From Spirochaetaceae bacterium (GTDB taxonomy: Bacteria > Spirochaetota > Spirochaetia > DSM-2461), in contig JAOPTT010000010.1 of the NCBI GenBank assembly GCA_051531975.1, positions 128,001 to 192,000 of the forward strand: a stretch of 64,000 bases of DNA, read 5' to 3'. Positions 10,362-20,302 of the stretch are shown piece by piece. The position numbers and the translations under genes are program-made. The notes beneath the pieces are model-generated. The model had not been told where the DNA came from. It saw nothing but the letters and a program-made list of their open reading frames with translations, and ran no database searches. Numbering within the stretch: position 1 is the first letter of the stretch; every line of letters begins with the position of its first letter.

Positions 10362-11443
10362 TGGTTATAGATAACTTACCAATGCGAGAAGAGTTATGCC
10401 AAACTGGGGTTGCACTATCAAACCAGGGTTTAGTTGCAAGAACTTGGGGTAACTTAAGCATTAGAATTACAAGTGATAAATTTATTATCAGTCCATCAGG
10501 TATATTTTACCAAGACACAGAACCAAAACATCTATCATTAGTTAATATAAGTGATGGAAAGTGGGTTGGGGATTTTAAACCTAGTTCAGAAAAAAGTTTA
10601 CATGCATGTATTTATGCACAGGATAACAATATTTCAGCAATAATTCATACTCACCAGATAGCAGCTAGTGCCGTCGCTGCTGCAAGAGTGACAATTGGTA
10701 ACAATATAACACTTGCAAAATATGCACTACCAACAACAGGGACTTTAGCTAAATATGGTTCAAAGGCATTTTCTCTATCTAAACCGTTTATAAAAGGTTC
10801 ATCGGCTAGAGCAGTACTTTTAGCAAATCATGGAACAATAATAGCAGCAAACAGTATGAAAGAAGCTTTTGACGCTGCAATAGAATTAGAAAAAATTGCT
10901 ACTGAGTTTGTTAAATCTAAGTTTGTATCTACAGGTAGTCTACTTTCTAAAGCATATAAAAGTGCCCAGGTAGCTAATTTTGAAAGTAAACTCTATAAAC
11001 GATTAGATACTAATAGACCTAAATTAATAGATGAATTATTTAATACTAGGGAGGATCTGAATTTCATTCTTCACTCTAAGGAACCAAATACTTACGCACT
11101 ATCCGAGACTGGATTAACATTAAAACCACTTTTGGATGACTTAGCACAACTAATTGGAACAAAAGTTGGGTCTGTAAATGTCTCTTTAGATTCCCATCTT
11201 CCTAAAAATGAACCTGGAAGTAGAAATGCCTTTTTTTTAAAGGGCAATGGAGCACTTTGTTTTGCGGAGACAAAACTTGATGTATACGCAGTACAATTAG
11301 TTCTAGAAAAGGGCTCTAGGAGTTTAATAGACTCTGAAATATTAGGTGGTGGGCATAGAATCTCATTATTAGAGTCCTTTTTAATGAGATTTATTTACAA
11401 AAAGAAATATAGTAAAATGAGTTTGAATACAAAAGAGGAGTAA
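10361..11443 (+). CDS. Class II aldolase/adducin family protein with a second, degenerate aldolase-like domain
   Basis: TWGNLS, PSSE, HTH and NHG metal ligands in the N-half; C-half has DDLAQLIG and FFLKGNGALCF but no His ligands. Confidence 0.85.
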   Translation: MVIDNLPMREELCQTGVALSNQGLVARTWGNLSIRITSDKFIISPSGIFYQDTEPKHLSLVNISDGKWVGDFKPSSEKSLHACIYAQDNNISAIIHTHQIAASAVAAARVTIGNNITLAKYALPTTGTLAKYGSKAFSLSKPFIKGSSARAVLLANHGTIIAANSMKEAFDAAIELEKIATEFVKSKFVSTGSLLSKAYKSAQVANFESKLYKRLDTNRPKLIDELFNTREDLNFILHSKEPNTYALSETGLTLKPLLDDLAQLIGTKVGSVNVSLDSHLPKNEPGSRNAFFLKGNGALCFAETKLDVYAVQLVLEKGSRSLIDSEILGGGHRISLLESFLMRFIYKKKYSKMSLNTKEE

Positions 11444-11446
11444 TTT

Positions 11447-12103
11447 ATGGGAAAGTATCATAACGACATTTTTGACAGAATACCTCAGGATAAAAAAAAG
11501 CTTATTTACAAAGTAGCTACTAGTGAATTTTCAGCTGCTGGATACTCAGGTGCAAATATAAATACTATTGCAGATAAAATAGGCATTAGCGTAGGAAGTT
11601 TATATAAATATTTTAGCACCAAAGAAAACCTATTTTTATCTACTGTAGAACTTGGTAGGGAATCTTTAAAACAGGCATTTAACTACCTTTCGACCCTTGA
11701 AGGTGGTCTATTTTTTAAAATTGACGAAGTTATACAAATTATACAGGAACACTCTAAAGAACACCCTGATATGATTATTTTATATAATGAATTAACAACT
11801 GTTGGTTATGCCGATCTTACAAAAAAATTATCAAATCAGATGGAAACAATATCAGCTGATTATTATTCTGGGCTTATAGAAGATGCACAAAACAGTGGAG
11901 AAATACTTAATAAATCCGATGCCAAATCCCTAGCACTTTTTATTGATAACCTTCTTCTAAATCTACAATTTAGCTATTCTAATGAATATTATAAAGAGAG
12001 AATGAGTATATATTTAGGGGAAAAAACAGTAAATGATAAGCAGATAAGAGAAGATTTATTAACTTTTATAAAAAATGCTCTGATTGAAGGTGATAATGGA
12101 TAA
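11447..12103 (+). CDS. TetR/AcrR family transcriptional regulator
   Basis: N-terminal HTH GYSGANINTIADKIGISVGSLYKYFSTKENLF; SD GAGGAG. Confidence 0.93.
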   Translation: MGKYHNDIFDRIPQDKKKLIYKVATSEFSAAGYSGANINTIADKIGISVGSLYKYFSTKENLFLSTVELGRESLKQAFNYLSTLEGGLFFKIDEVIQIIQEHSKEHPDMIILYNELTTVGYADLTKKLSNQMETISADYYSGLIEDAQNSGEILNKSDAKSLALFIDNLLLNLQFSYSNEYYKERMSIYLGEKTVNDKQIREDLLTFIKNALIEGDNG

Positions 12104-13691
12104 ATATATTCTTAGCTACGATGTTGGTACCACGAGTACTAAAACATGTATCTATAGCTTTAATGGAACACTAAAACTAGAAAGCAGTGCTGGTGCAGAA
12201 TATAGTTTATATATATCAAAAGGTGGTATTGCAGAACAGAACCCAAAAGACTGGGTTGATGCCCTGGCAATGACTACTAAAAAAATACTGTATGAACTTG
12301 ATATTAAACCAACTCAAATAGCTGGAATTAGCTTCTGTTCCCAAATGCAAGGCCTGATTTTAATAGATAAAAATGGGGAGCCAATTAGACCAGCAATGAG
12401 TTATATGGATAACAGAGGTACTAAACAAAAAGATCAGTTTATGAAAGCTGGTCCAAGGGTTATGGACTTAAGAGTAGATGCTGCAATATCTGGGTTAATA
12501 GTTAATGGTGGTGTACCAGCTAGTAGTAAAGATCCTATTTGGAAGTACCTGTGGGTAAAAGAGAACCACCCTAAACAGTTTAAAAAAATAAAATACTGGT
12601 TAGATGTAAAAGAGTACTTAATATATGTTTTAACTGGAAATGCTATTATGACAGAGGATACAGCTTTTGCAACATTTTTATACGATACAAGAAAAAACAG
12701 AGGTTCTTGGAATAAAGGGCTAATAAAAAAATATAAAGTTGAAGCGTCCCATCTGCCTATAGTGATACAAGCTAGTGATATAGCAGGATATACAACAGAA
12801 AGTGCTGCTAATGTCCTAGGTCTTATTCCTGGGATACCTGTATTTGGTAGCGGAGGTGATGCAACGTTAATTCCTCTAGGTTCAGGTACAACAAAACCTG
12901 GGGATACCCACATTTACACAGGCACCTCAGGTTGGGTATCTACAATTGTAGATAAAAGAAAAATCGATATTGATTCAATGATAGCCTCTGTACCAGCTGC
13001 AAACAGTGGTTTTTATAACTTTTTTGCAGAGCAGGAGACTGCAGGTAAATGCCTAGAATGGGTTAAAGACCATCTGGCTTTAGACGAGATAAATGTTTAT
13101 CTATCTAAAAAAACTGTTATAGAAGAGCCTTCTGCCCTGCATAAATCACTTTATAGCTATTTAGTAGATGTTATTTCTAAACAAGCAATCGGTTCTGGTG
13201 GTGTAATATTCACTCCATGGTTACACGGCAACAGATCGCCATTCGAAGACCCAAACTCTAGGGGGATGTTTTTTAATTTATCATTAGAAACTGGTAAGGC
13301 ATCTATGATTCGAGCAGTTTTAGAAGGGATTATTTTTAACCAATTTTGGCTTTTAGAGTCTATAGAAAAAAGTATAACTACCAATAAAAAGTTACGTTTT
13401 GTTGGTGGTGCTGCCCAAAACAAATACATAAGCCAGATGATAGCAGATATTTTTAATAGGACAATAGAAGTTCCAGAGGGCCCACAATATGTAGGGGCTA
13501 ATGGTGCTGCAATAGTTGCTGCCGTTGGTTTAAACTGGATAACAAGCTTTGACAATGTATCAAAATCTATAAAAATTGCTCATGTTTCAAAACCAAATTA
13601 TAATAATCATCTAGAATACAGGAAGAATTATTTAGTTTTTAAGAAATTATATAAGGCCAATAAAAAACTTTTTAATGAATTAAATAATTAA
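12096..13691 (+). CDS. FGGY-family carbohydrate kinase (xylulokinase-like)
   Basis: DVGTTSTK, EQNPKDW, GGD, GTSGW, PWLHGNRSP, RAVLEG, VGG. Start placed at ATG 12096 behind GAAGGTGA. Confidence 0.9.
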   Translation: MDKYILSYDVGTTSTKTCIYSFNGTLKLESSAGAEYSLYISKGGIAEQNPKDWVDALAMTTKKILYELDIKPTQIAGISFCSQMQGLILIDKNGEPIRPAMSYMDNRGTKQKDQFMKAGPRVMDLRVDAAISGLIVNGGVPASSKDPIWKYLWVKENHPKQFKKIKYWLDVKEYLIYVLTGNAIMTEDTAFATFLYDTRKNRGSWNKGLIKKYKVEASHLPIVIQASDIAGYTTESAANVLGLIPGIPVFGSGGDATLIPLGSGTTKPGDTHIYTGTSGWVSTIVDKRKIDIDSMIASVPAANSGFYNFFAEQETAGKCLEWVKDHLALDEINVYLSKKTVIEEPSALHKSLYSYLVDVISKQAIGSGGVIFTPWLHGNRSPFEDPNSRGMFFNLSLETGKASMIRAVLEGIIFNQFWLLESIEKSITTNKKLRFVGGAAQNKYISQMIADIFNRTIEVPEGPQYVGANGAAIVAAVGLNWITSFDNVSKSIKIAHVSKPNYNNHLEYRKNYLVFKKLYKANKKLFNELNN

Positions 13692-13700
13692 TTTTATTAA

Positions 13701-13738
13701 CTGCACACTATCTGCACAAAAGACCACTAAAATATAAC
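13701..13738 (+). promoter_or_regulatory. Direct-repeat OmpR/PhoB-family binding site and -10 element
   Basis: CTGCACA at 13701-13707 and 13712-13718 (11-bp period) in the -35 position; TATAAC at 13733-13738; GGAG SD follows. Confidence 0.6.
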
Positions 13739-13752
13739 TAGGAGTTTATTAT

Positions 13753-15591
13753 ATGATATTTGAAATTTTAGTAGATGGTATGACTTGTGGTGGCTGTGAA
13801 CTGCATGTAGAAAAAGCGGTTTCAGAAATTGATGGTGTAAAAAAGGTTAAGGCCAATAATGCAACTTCAAAAGTTATAATAAACACAGATGACTGGGTGA
13901 CAATAGAAAATAGTCAAGATTTTTTAGATACAGTTAGTAATAAAATTAAAGACTCAGGATATGAGTATAAAGGTAAATATATTAAAAGAAGTAATAACTT
14001 TTCATTGAAACAGTGGGTTGGAATAATCATAATTTTTGCAGCTTTATATTTGGTTGTAAAAGAGACTGGTATTTTAAATAGACTGCCAGTAATAAAAAGT
14101 ACAATGAGTTATGGGTTTATATTTATTATTGGACTCTTAACTTCTGTCCACTGTATAGGAATGTGTGGTGGTATTAACTTATCGGTAAGTATTACAGGTC
14201 TAACTAAGAAGCATAAATTTAATAATGCAATCCTCTATAATTTAGGTAGAGTAATTTCCTACACTATTATTGGTGGAATTGTTGGTGCTATCGGCTCAGT
14301 ATTATCAATTACAGGTAGCATGCAGGGTATTATTGTTGGAATTGCAGGAATATTCATGATTTTAATGGCTATTAAAATGTTTGGGCTATTTCCTATAATT
14401 GATAAAATCATACCAAAACTACCAAAGGTTTTAACAAATAAAATAATTGGTTCAGGTACTGGTAGAGGTCCATTTATTATTGGATTTCTAAATGGTTTTA
14501 TGCCGTGTGGTCCATTACAATCAATCCAAATATACGCTCTAAGCACGGGAAGTGCCTTTTCTGGTGCTCTTTCAATGTTTCTATTTAGTTTAGGAACAGT
14601 TCCTTTAATGTTAGGTTTTGGTTCTATAGCTTCTGTTCTTCCTAAAAAGTTCCATAGTAAGATTCTTAAAATAAGTGCTCTTTTAGTTCTGTTATTAGGA
14701 GCAGGTATGGTTATTAGAGGAATGAATTTAAATGGTGTATCTCTACCAGGATCAAATAGTTCAAACCTTAAATCTGAAAATGTACGAATTGCTAAAATAT
14801 CAGGGGATAAACAGTATGTAACTACGATTATGCACTCTGGTGAATACGAACCATTTATAGTACAAGCTGGTATTCCTGTTGTCTGGACAATAGTTGCAGA
14901 TGAAGATCAACTTAATGGATGTAATAACCCATTAACTGTACCTAAATACGATATAAGATTTCAGATGGAACCAGGGGAAAATATTATAGAGTTCACTCCA
15001 CCAGCAGATGCCACAACTATTACATATACATGTTGGATGGGTATGATAACAAGTGGAATATCAGTTGTAGAGGACTTAAACTCTATAGATTCGTCACAAA
15101 TAGAAGAAGCTGCTGCTCTTTCTGCTGAATCCAGTGGTGGTTGTGGTGGTGGTTGTTGCAGTACTGGTGGCGACACTGGCGACAGTACAGGGAACATTTT
15201 AGAATATACCCTACCCTCAATTAATACAGAAAACATTGGACTAGCTTCTATCCAGGATGAAATTCAGATAGCCACGGTTAATATTACTGGGGATGGTTTT
15301 GAACCTGGAGTTATTGTTCTGCAGAAAGATATTCCGACTACATGGCTAATAAATGGTACACAGTTAGATGAAAAAAACTACCGTTTACTGTTTCCAGCAT
15401 ATAATAATAGGGGTATAGAACTAACAGAAGGTGAAAATGTTATAGAGATAATGCCTCAATTGGATTTCCAATACTATTCATGGAGACAAGACTTTGGTGG
15501 TTATGTTAAAGTTGTAGACGATCTAACGAATATAAACCTAGATGAAATTAAGAAGGATGTAGAAATCTTTAATGATAAATTTAAAAGATAA
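13753..15591 (+). CDS. Heavy-metal-associated (HMA) + DsbD_2/UreH-like TM domain + cupredoxin-like domains
   Basis: GMTCGGC (HMA), HCIGMCGG and MPCG in the TM region, NGCNN...YTCWMGM (cupredoxin-like), Cys-rich linker GGCGGGCC. Confidence 0.85.
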   Translation: MIFEILVDGMTCGGCELHVEKAVSEIDGVKKVKANNATSKVIINTDDWVTIENSQDFLDTVSNKIKDSGYEYKGKYIKRSNNFSLKQWVGIIIIFAALYLVVKETGILNRLPVIKSTMSYGFIFIIGLLTSVHCIGMCGGINLSVSITGLTKKHKFNNAILYNLGRVISYTIIGGIVGAIGSVLSITGSMQGIIVGIAGIFMILMAIKMFGLFPIIDKIIPKLPKVLTNKIIGSGTGRGPFIIGFLNGFMPCGPLQSIQIYALSTGSAFSGALSMFLFSLGTVPLMLGFGSIASVLPKKFHSKILKISALLVLLLGAGMVIRGMNLNGVSLPGSNSSNLKSENVRIAKISGDKQYVTTIMHSGEYEPFIVQAGIPVVWTIVADEDQLNGCNNPLTVPKYDIRFQMEPGENIIEFTPPADATTITYTCWMGMITSGISVVEDLNSIDSSQIEEAAALSAESSGGCGGGCCSTGGDTGDSTGNILEYTLPSINTENIGLASIQDEIQIATVNITGDGFEPGVIVLQKDIPTTWLINGTQLDEKNYRLLFPAYNNRGIELTEGENVIEIMPQLDFQYYSWRQDFGGYVKVVDDLTNINLDEIKKDVEIFNDKFKR

Positions 15592-15593
15592 AA

Positions 15594-16277
15594 ATGGCTA
15601 ATATTTTAATAATTGAAGATGAAGTTAAAATTGCAAATGCAATCTCCGCGTATCTAAAAAATAGTGGACATACAGCTTTTATTGAACTTAACGGTAAAAG
15701 TGGATTATCGACATTTTCTAATAGAACCTTCGATCTTATTGTTCTTGATTTAATGTTACCTGATCTAAAAGGTGAAGAGATTTGCTCCTATATTAGGAGC
15801 AGATCCAGGGTTCCAATAATAATGTTAACTGCTAAATCAGATGAAATATCACAAATCCATGGTTTTAGAATTGGTGCTGACGATTTTATTACCAAACCAT
15901 TTAGCCCAAGAGTTTTAATGGTTCGGATCGAAGCACTACTTCGCCGGCATAACCAATCACCATTAGCTCAATTAATTGAGTTTGATTCTGGACGTATAAA
16001 AATAGATACAAAAAATAGTAGCTTAACCAAAGATAAGAGTTCAATTAATTTAACTCCTATAGAATTTAGCATATTAAAAAAACTAATATCTTCTCCAAAT
16101 AGAGTATTTTCAAGAGAAGAGATAATCCATGGTGTTATGGGTCCCGGTTTTGATGGAACAGACAGAACAATAGATTCTCATATAAGAAATTTGCGATATA
16201 AAATTGAAGATGATCCCAAAAATCCATCCTATATTTCTACTAGTAGAGGCAGGGGGTTTTATTTTAATGAAAAATAA
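15594..16277 (+). CDS. OmpR/PhoB-family response regulator
   Basis: IEDE, LDLMLP, MLTAK, DDFITKPF, wHTH DRTIDSHIRNLRYKIE...RGRGF. Confidence 0.95.
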   Translation: MANILIIEDEVKIANAISAYLKNSGHTAFIELNGKSGLSTFSNRTFDLIVLDLMLPDLKGEEICSYIRSRSRVPIIMLTAKSDEISQIHGFRIGADDFITKPFSPRVLMVRIEALLRRHNQSPLAQLIEFDSGRIKIDTKNSSLTKDKSSINLTPIEFSILKKLISSPNRVFSREEIIHGVMGPGFDGTDRTIDSHIRNLRYKIEDDPKNPSYISTSRGRGFYFNEK

Positions 16278-17625
16278 AAAGAGTATCTCGATTGCTCTTA
16301 GAATAACATTCTACTCTGCAACTTCAATTACAATCGCAGTTTTAATTATGGGTCTACTATTTACAATATTTTTGAACAGTCAGTTTAAAGATTATTTACA
16401 TTTAGAAAATAGTAAGATCAGAGATGAAATAGTATATAACTACTCTGTTTACGCAAAAAATAGTACAAAATTGGATCAACATTGGTTAGAACAGTTTAGT
16501 AATTTATATATGAAACAAGGCATGTTTATTAGTTTAACCGATAACTCTGGTGAAACACTTTGGAGTTGTCTGGATAATAATAGTAGTAGTTGTAACATGG
16601 ACATGGTGGAGATGAACTTAGAATCATTAGACTCTTTACAGTCCTCAACCTACAAGGTTCCAACTGGGGACATTAAGATTTCCTACATATCCCCAGAGGA
16701 CTACTCTGTAAACGATAAATCTTTTATATTTGAAACATATAAAATGTTACTACTTTCCATGGTTATATCACTTATAATCTCAGCCATTTCTTCTCTGTTA
16801 TTATCAAGATCTATGAGTAACCCACTTATAACGTTATCAGATTATGCTACAAGGTTAGCAAGTAGAGATTATAAAGCTTCAGATTCTTTTAAAAAAGGGA
16901 CAGTTGAAATTGATAATCTACACAGTGCAATAGAATATTTATCAAAATCTTTGAAAACAGGTGAAGTACTAAGAAAAAGATTAACCTCGGATATATCCCA
17001 CGATTTACGTACACCTCTTACTTCGATACAAAGTTACTTAGAAGCGATGATTGATGGTATATGGCCAGCAACTAAAGAGAGACTACAAGACTGTCACGAT
17101 GAAATAATACGGTTAGCAGGTTTAGTTAATAACCTTGAAGATTTAAACAGTTATGATGATAAAATTGATAAATTAAATTTATCAAAAGTTAAGATAAAAG
17201 ATTCAATTAAAACAGCACTAAAAATGTTTGAAAAGGAATTTCAGGCTTCAAATATACAACTGGATGTAACAGGAGAAGATGTAACAATATTAGTAGATGA
17301 GGATCGGCTAAAGCGAGTCTGGATAAATCTAATATCTAATTCTATAAAATTCATGAAAAATGAGGGCTTTATTAAAGTTAATATAGAAAGTAATACTAAA
17401 GTTGAAGTTACATTTTCTGATAACGGTATAGGTATAGACAAAATGGATATACCCTATATATTTGAACGTTTTTATAAAGTCGATGAATCCAGAAATATAG
17501 AAGGCTCAGGCTTAGGTCTATCAATTGTTAAAGAGATTATAGAACTTCATAAAGGTGATATAAGAGTAGAAAGTAATAAAAATAGTTTAACAACATTTAT
17601 TATTAGTTTGCCTTTAGGAGAATAA
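16267..17625 (+). CDS. Membrane sensor histidine kinase (HAMP-HisKA-HATPase, BaeS-like)
   Basis: Two TMs, SHDLRTPL, NLISNSIKF, DNGIG, IFERFYK, GSGLGL. Start moved to ATG 16267, overlapping the regulator's 3' end. Confidence 0.93.
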   Translation: MKNKKSISIALRITFYSATSITIAVLIMGLLFTIFLNSQFKDYLHLENSKIRDEIVYNYSVYAKNSTKLDQHWLEQFSNLYMKQGMFISLTDNSGETLWSCLDNNSSSCNMDMVEMNLESLDSLQSSTYKVPTGDIKISYISPEDYSVNDKSFIFETYKMLLLSMVISLIISAISSLLLSRSMSNPLITLSDYATRLASRDYKASDSFKKGTVEIDNLHSAIEYLSKSLKTGEVLRKRLTSDISHDLRTPLTSIQSYLEAMIDGIWPATKERLQDCHDEIIRLAGLVNNLEDLNSYDDKIDKLNLSKVKIKDSIKTALKMFEKEFQASNIQLDVTGEDVTILVDEDRLKRVWINLISNSIKFMKNEGFIKVNIESNTKVEVTFSDNGIGIDKMDIPYIFERFYKVDESRNIEGSGLGLSIVKEIIELHKGDIRVESNKNSLTTFIISLPLGE

Positions 17626-17628
17626 GAT

Positions 17629-18780
17629 ATGATAAAAAAAGTAGTAAATCGACTTAAATCTAAGTGGTTAGGTTTATTAATATTGTTAATCCTGTTTTTA
17701 TTTATAAATTACAATAATAAAACAACCATTTTTAAGGTTAAAACAGATGATGAGATCATATTAACACAATCTTTTATTAAACAACATTTTCCCAAAATGA
17801 AGAGTTCCACTAATTCTAAAAAATTGAAGGGATGGAATATTATCAAGGATTCAAAAGGTAGAACTTTAGGTTATTATATTGTATCTGAAAATAATAGATG
17901 GAAGGTTACAGGTTATAATGGGAATGTTCCTATTTTTATAAAATTAGATGAAAACCAAAAAATTTCAGGAGTAGAACTACTAGATAACATAGAGACTCCC
18001 AGATTTTTATATAGACTATATTCTTTAAACTTTTTTAAATCTTGGAATGGTTTAACCCTATCGGAAGTAGCAGATTCTAATATTGATACGATAGCTGGTG
18101 TAACACTTACAAGTCAAACAGTAATATCAAATTTATTTGAAGTAATATTAAACACAGAGGCAATAAACGCAAAAAGAAAAGTTGACTATAAAAAAATAGT
18201 TATTATTACATGCCAATACCTTCTTTTACTTTTTGCATTATGTAGTTTTATAATTAAAGATCTAAAAAAATACAGGATCTGGTTCCTTGTATCTAATATA
18301 TTAATATTTGGATTCATTGCAGGTAATTTTATTTCTATGGCTATGTTAAAAGGATTTTTAACCGGGGCAGTACATTTTACTGCTAACCCAGTTTTATGGA
18401 TTACGGTTTTATTATCAGTAATATTACCATTAATTTCTAACAAATCTTTTTACTGCAATTATATTTGCCCATTTGGTGCAGCCCAGGAAATAGTTGGTAA
18501 AGTTAAAATAAAATTAAAAATATCAAAACAGATACATAAAACACTAAACTCTTTTAGACCAATATTGTTTGGAATTTTAACCCTATTAATTTTAATAAAT
18601 TACTCTATAGATCTTTCATTAATAGAACCTTTTGCCGCCTTTTTATACTCTGTTGCAGCACCAATAACAGTTATATTAGCAGTTGTATCACTGATAATAT
18701 CAGTTTTTATTGATAAGCCATGGTGTAAATGGTTTTGCCCAACTGGTCAAATGCTTGAGTATTTACGATCACAAAGTTAA
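17629..18780 (+). CDS. Membrane protein with periplasmic FMN-binding domain and two CxxxCP motifs (NosR/RnfG-like)
   Basis: GYNG, ETP, DTIAGVT (flavinylation-like motif), CNYICPFG and CKWFCPTG. Confidence 0.8.
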   Translation: MIKKVVNRLKSKWLGLLILLILFLFINYNNKTTIFKVKTDDEIILTQSFIKQHFPKMKSSTNSKKLKGWNIIKDSKGRTLGYYIVSENNRWKVTGYNGNVPIFIKLDENQKISGVELLDNIETPRFLYRLYSLNFFKSWNGLTLSEVADSNIDTIAGVTLTSQTVISNLFEVILNTEAINAKRKVDYKKIVIITCQYLLLLFALCSFIIKDLKKYRIWFLVSNILIFGFIAGNFISMAMLKGFLTGAVHFTANPVLWITVLLSVILPLISNKSFYCNYICPFGAAQEIVGKVKIKLKISKQIHKTLNSFRPILFGILTLLILINYSIDLSLIEPFAAFLYSVAAPITVILAVVSLIISVFIDKPWCKWFCPTGQMLEYLRSQS

Positions 18781-18789
18781 TATACCAAA

Positions 18790-19965
18790 ATGAATATAAA
18801 AAATGATAATAAGTTCTCTATATATTTTTTCACATTTACAACAAGTATGTTATGGTTTTCTCTATACGCCTATGTTGCAGAACTATCTACTTATGCAAGT
18901 ACTCTAGGTGCAAGTTATAGGTTAATAGGAGTAATAACAGGATCCTATGGTTTAACACAACTAATTTTAAGAATTCCCCTTGGGATATTTTCAGATCTAA
19001 TTAGTAAAAGAAAGATATTTATTATCTTAGGTTTAGGAATAAGTATTTTAAGTTCATTAATTACATTTATATATCCATCCACATTTTCTTTATTAATAAC
19101 AAGATCATTAGCTGGAGTATCAGCATCAACCTGGGTACTTTTTACAGTAATGTTTGCAAGTTATTTTAAGAAAGAGGAAGCTACCAAGGCCATAGGTCTA
19201 ATGAACTCATATAATGCAATTGGACAACTATCTGCAATGGCAATTGGTGGTTTCATATCCTATAAATTTGGAACAAGATACCTATTTTTATTAGCTGCTA
19301 TAGGTGCATTTATAGGGCTGATAACAAGTCTATTTATTCATGAAGCAAAAGCTGCTATCAAAAAAATGCATTTTAGAGATTTTATTAAAGTCGCTAAAAA
19401 CAGGCAACTACAAGTAGTTTCTATATTAGGAATTCTATCCCAGTTAATAACATTTGCTACAGCATTTGGTTTTGTTCCTATACTTGCAAAAAAACTTGGT
19501 GCACAAAACTTTCAGTTAAGTATTTTAGCAGCATTGGCTATTTTACCTGCTATATTTATTTCAAGACTTGCAGGTTCATTTTTCCCTGATCATATAGGAC
19601 GAAAAAATACTATAAACATTGGTTTTATTTTAAGTGCCCTACTCTGTATTGTAATGCCGTTTATAAATAACTTACCCCTGTTATATTTAGCCCAGGTATT
19701 GGGAGGAGTTGGCCGAAGTATGGTCTTTCCACTTCTAATGGGTTTAGGTATAGAACAGATTGATAGCTCTAAACGTGCAACAGCTATGGGGTTTTTCCAA
19801 GCAGTTTATGGTATAGGAATGGTTTTTGGTCCAATATTATTAGGATTTATTGCCCAATCCTATGGTCTAATAATAGGTTTTCTAGTTACAGGACTAATTG
19901 GTTTAACTGGACTAATAATAACCTTAATATTTATAAAAGATAAAAATCCAAATTTTAATTCCTAA
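18790..19965 (+). CDS. MFS transporter
   Basis: About 12 TM segments; RIPLGIFSDLISKRK; RATAMG. Confidence 0.9.
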   Translation: MNIKNDNKFSIYFFTFTTSMLWFSLYAYVAELSTYASTLGASYRLIGVITGSYGLTQLILRIPLGIFSDLISKRKIFIILGLGISILSSLITFIYPSTFSLLITRSLAGVSASTWVLFTVMFASYFKKEEATKAIGLMNSYNAIGQLSAMAIGGFISYKFGTRYLFLLAAIGAFIGLITSLFIHEAKAAIKKMHFRDFIKVAKNRQLQVVSILGILSQLITFATAFGFVPILAKKLGAQNFQLSILAALAILPAIFISRLAGSFFPDHIGRKNTINIGFILSALLCIVMPFINNLPLLYLAQVLGGVGRSMVFPLLMGLGIEQIDSSKRATAMGFFQAVYGIGMVFGPILLGFIAQSYGLIIGFLVTGLIGLTGLIITLIFIKDKNPNFNS

Positions 19966-20012
19966 ATTGATACTTGGTTTTAAAATAGCAGTTATAGTGT
20001 TAAACTAAAATT

Positions 20013-20261
20013 ATGGAAGATGATGAAATCAGAGCAGAAGAGATATTAATGCTAGTTCTTGATGCTAAAAAATCAATGTTAAACAAACACCTAAAACCAA
20101 CAAAAGTTATTATGCATTCAAAATTTTATAAAAAACTTAAAATGTATAGGGCAACTTTAGGAGACTATCCAGAAGGTATGGAAGATTACCTAACAACGGA
20201 TAGTATGTTTGGTTTAGATATATGTTTAGACAATAGTTATGGTATTCAGGTAACAGTGTGA
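20013..20261 (+). CDS. Small hypothetical protein (82 aa)
   Basis: Fills the gap between the MFS gene and XPB; TGn-TAAACT lies 6 nt before its ATG. Confidence 0.65.
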   Translation: MEDDEIRAEEILMLVLDAKKSMLNKHLKPTKVIMHSKFYKKLKMYRATLGDYPEGMEDYLTTDSMFGLDICLDNSYGIQVTV

Positions 20262-20302
20262 CTCCTTGTTAATTTTGCCTTAACTCTATATAATAACTCC
20301 TT

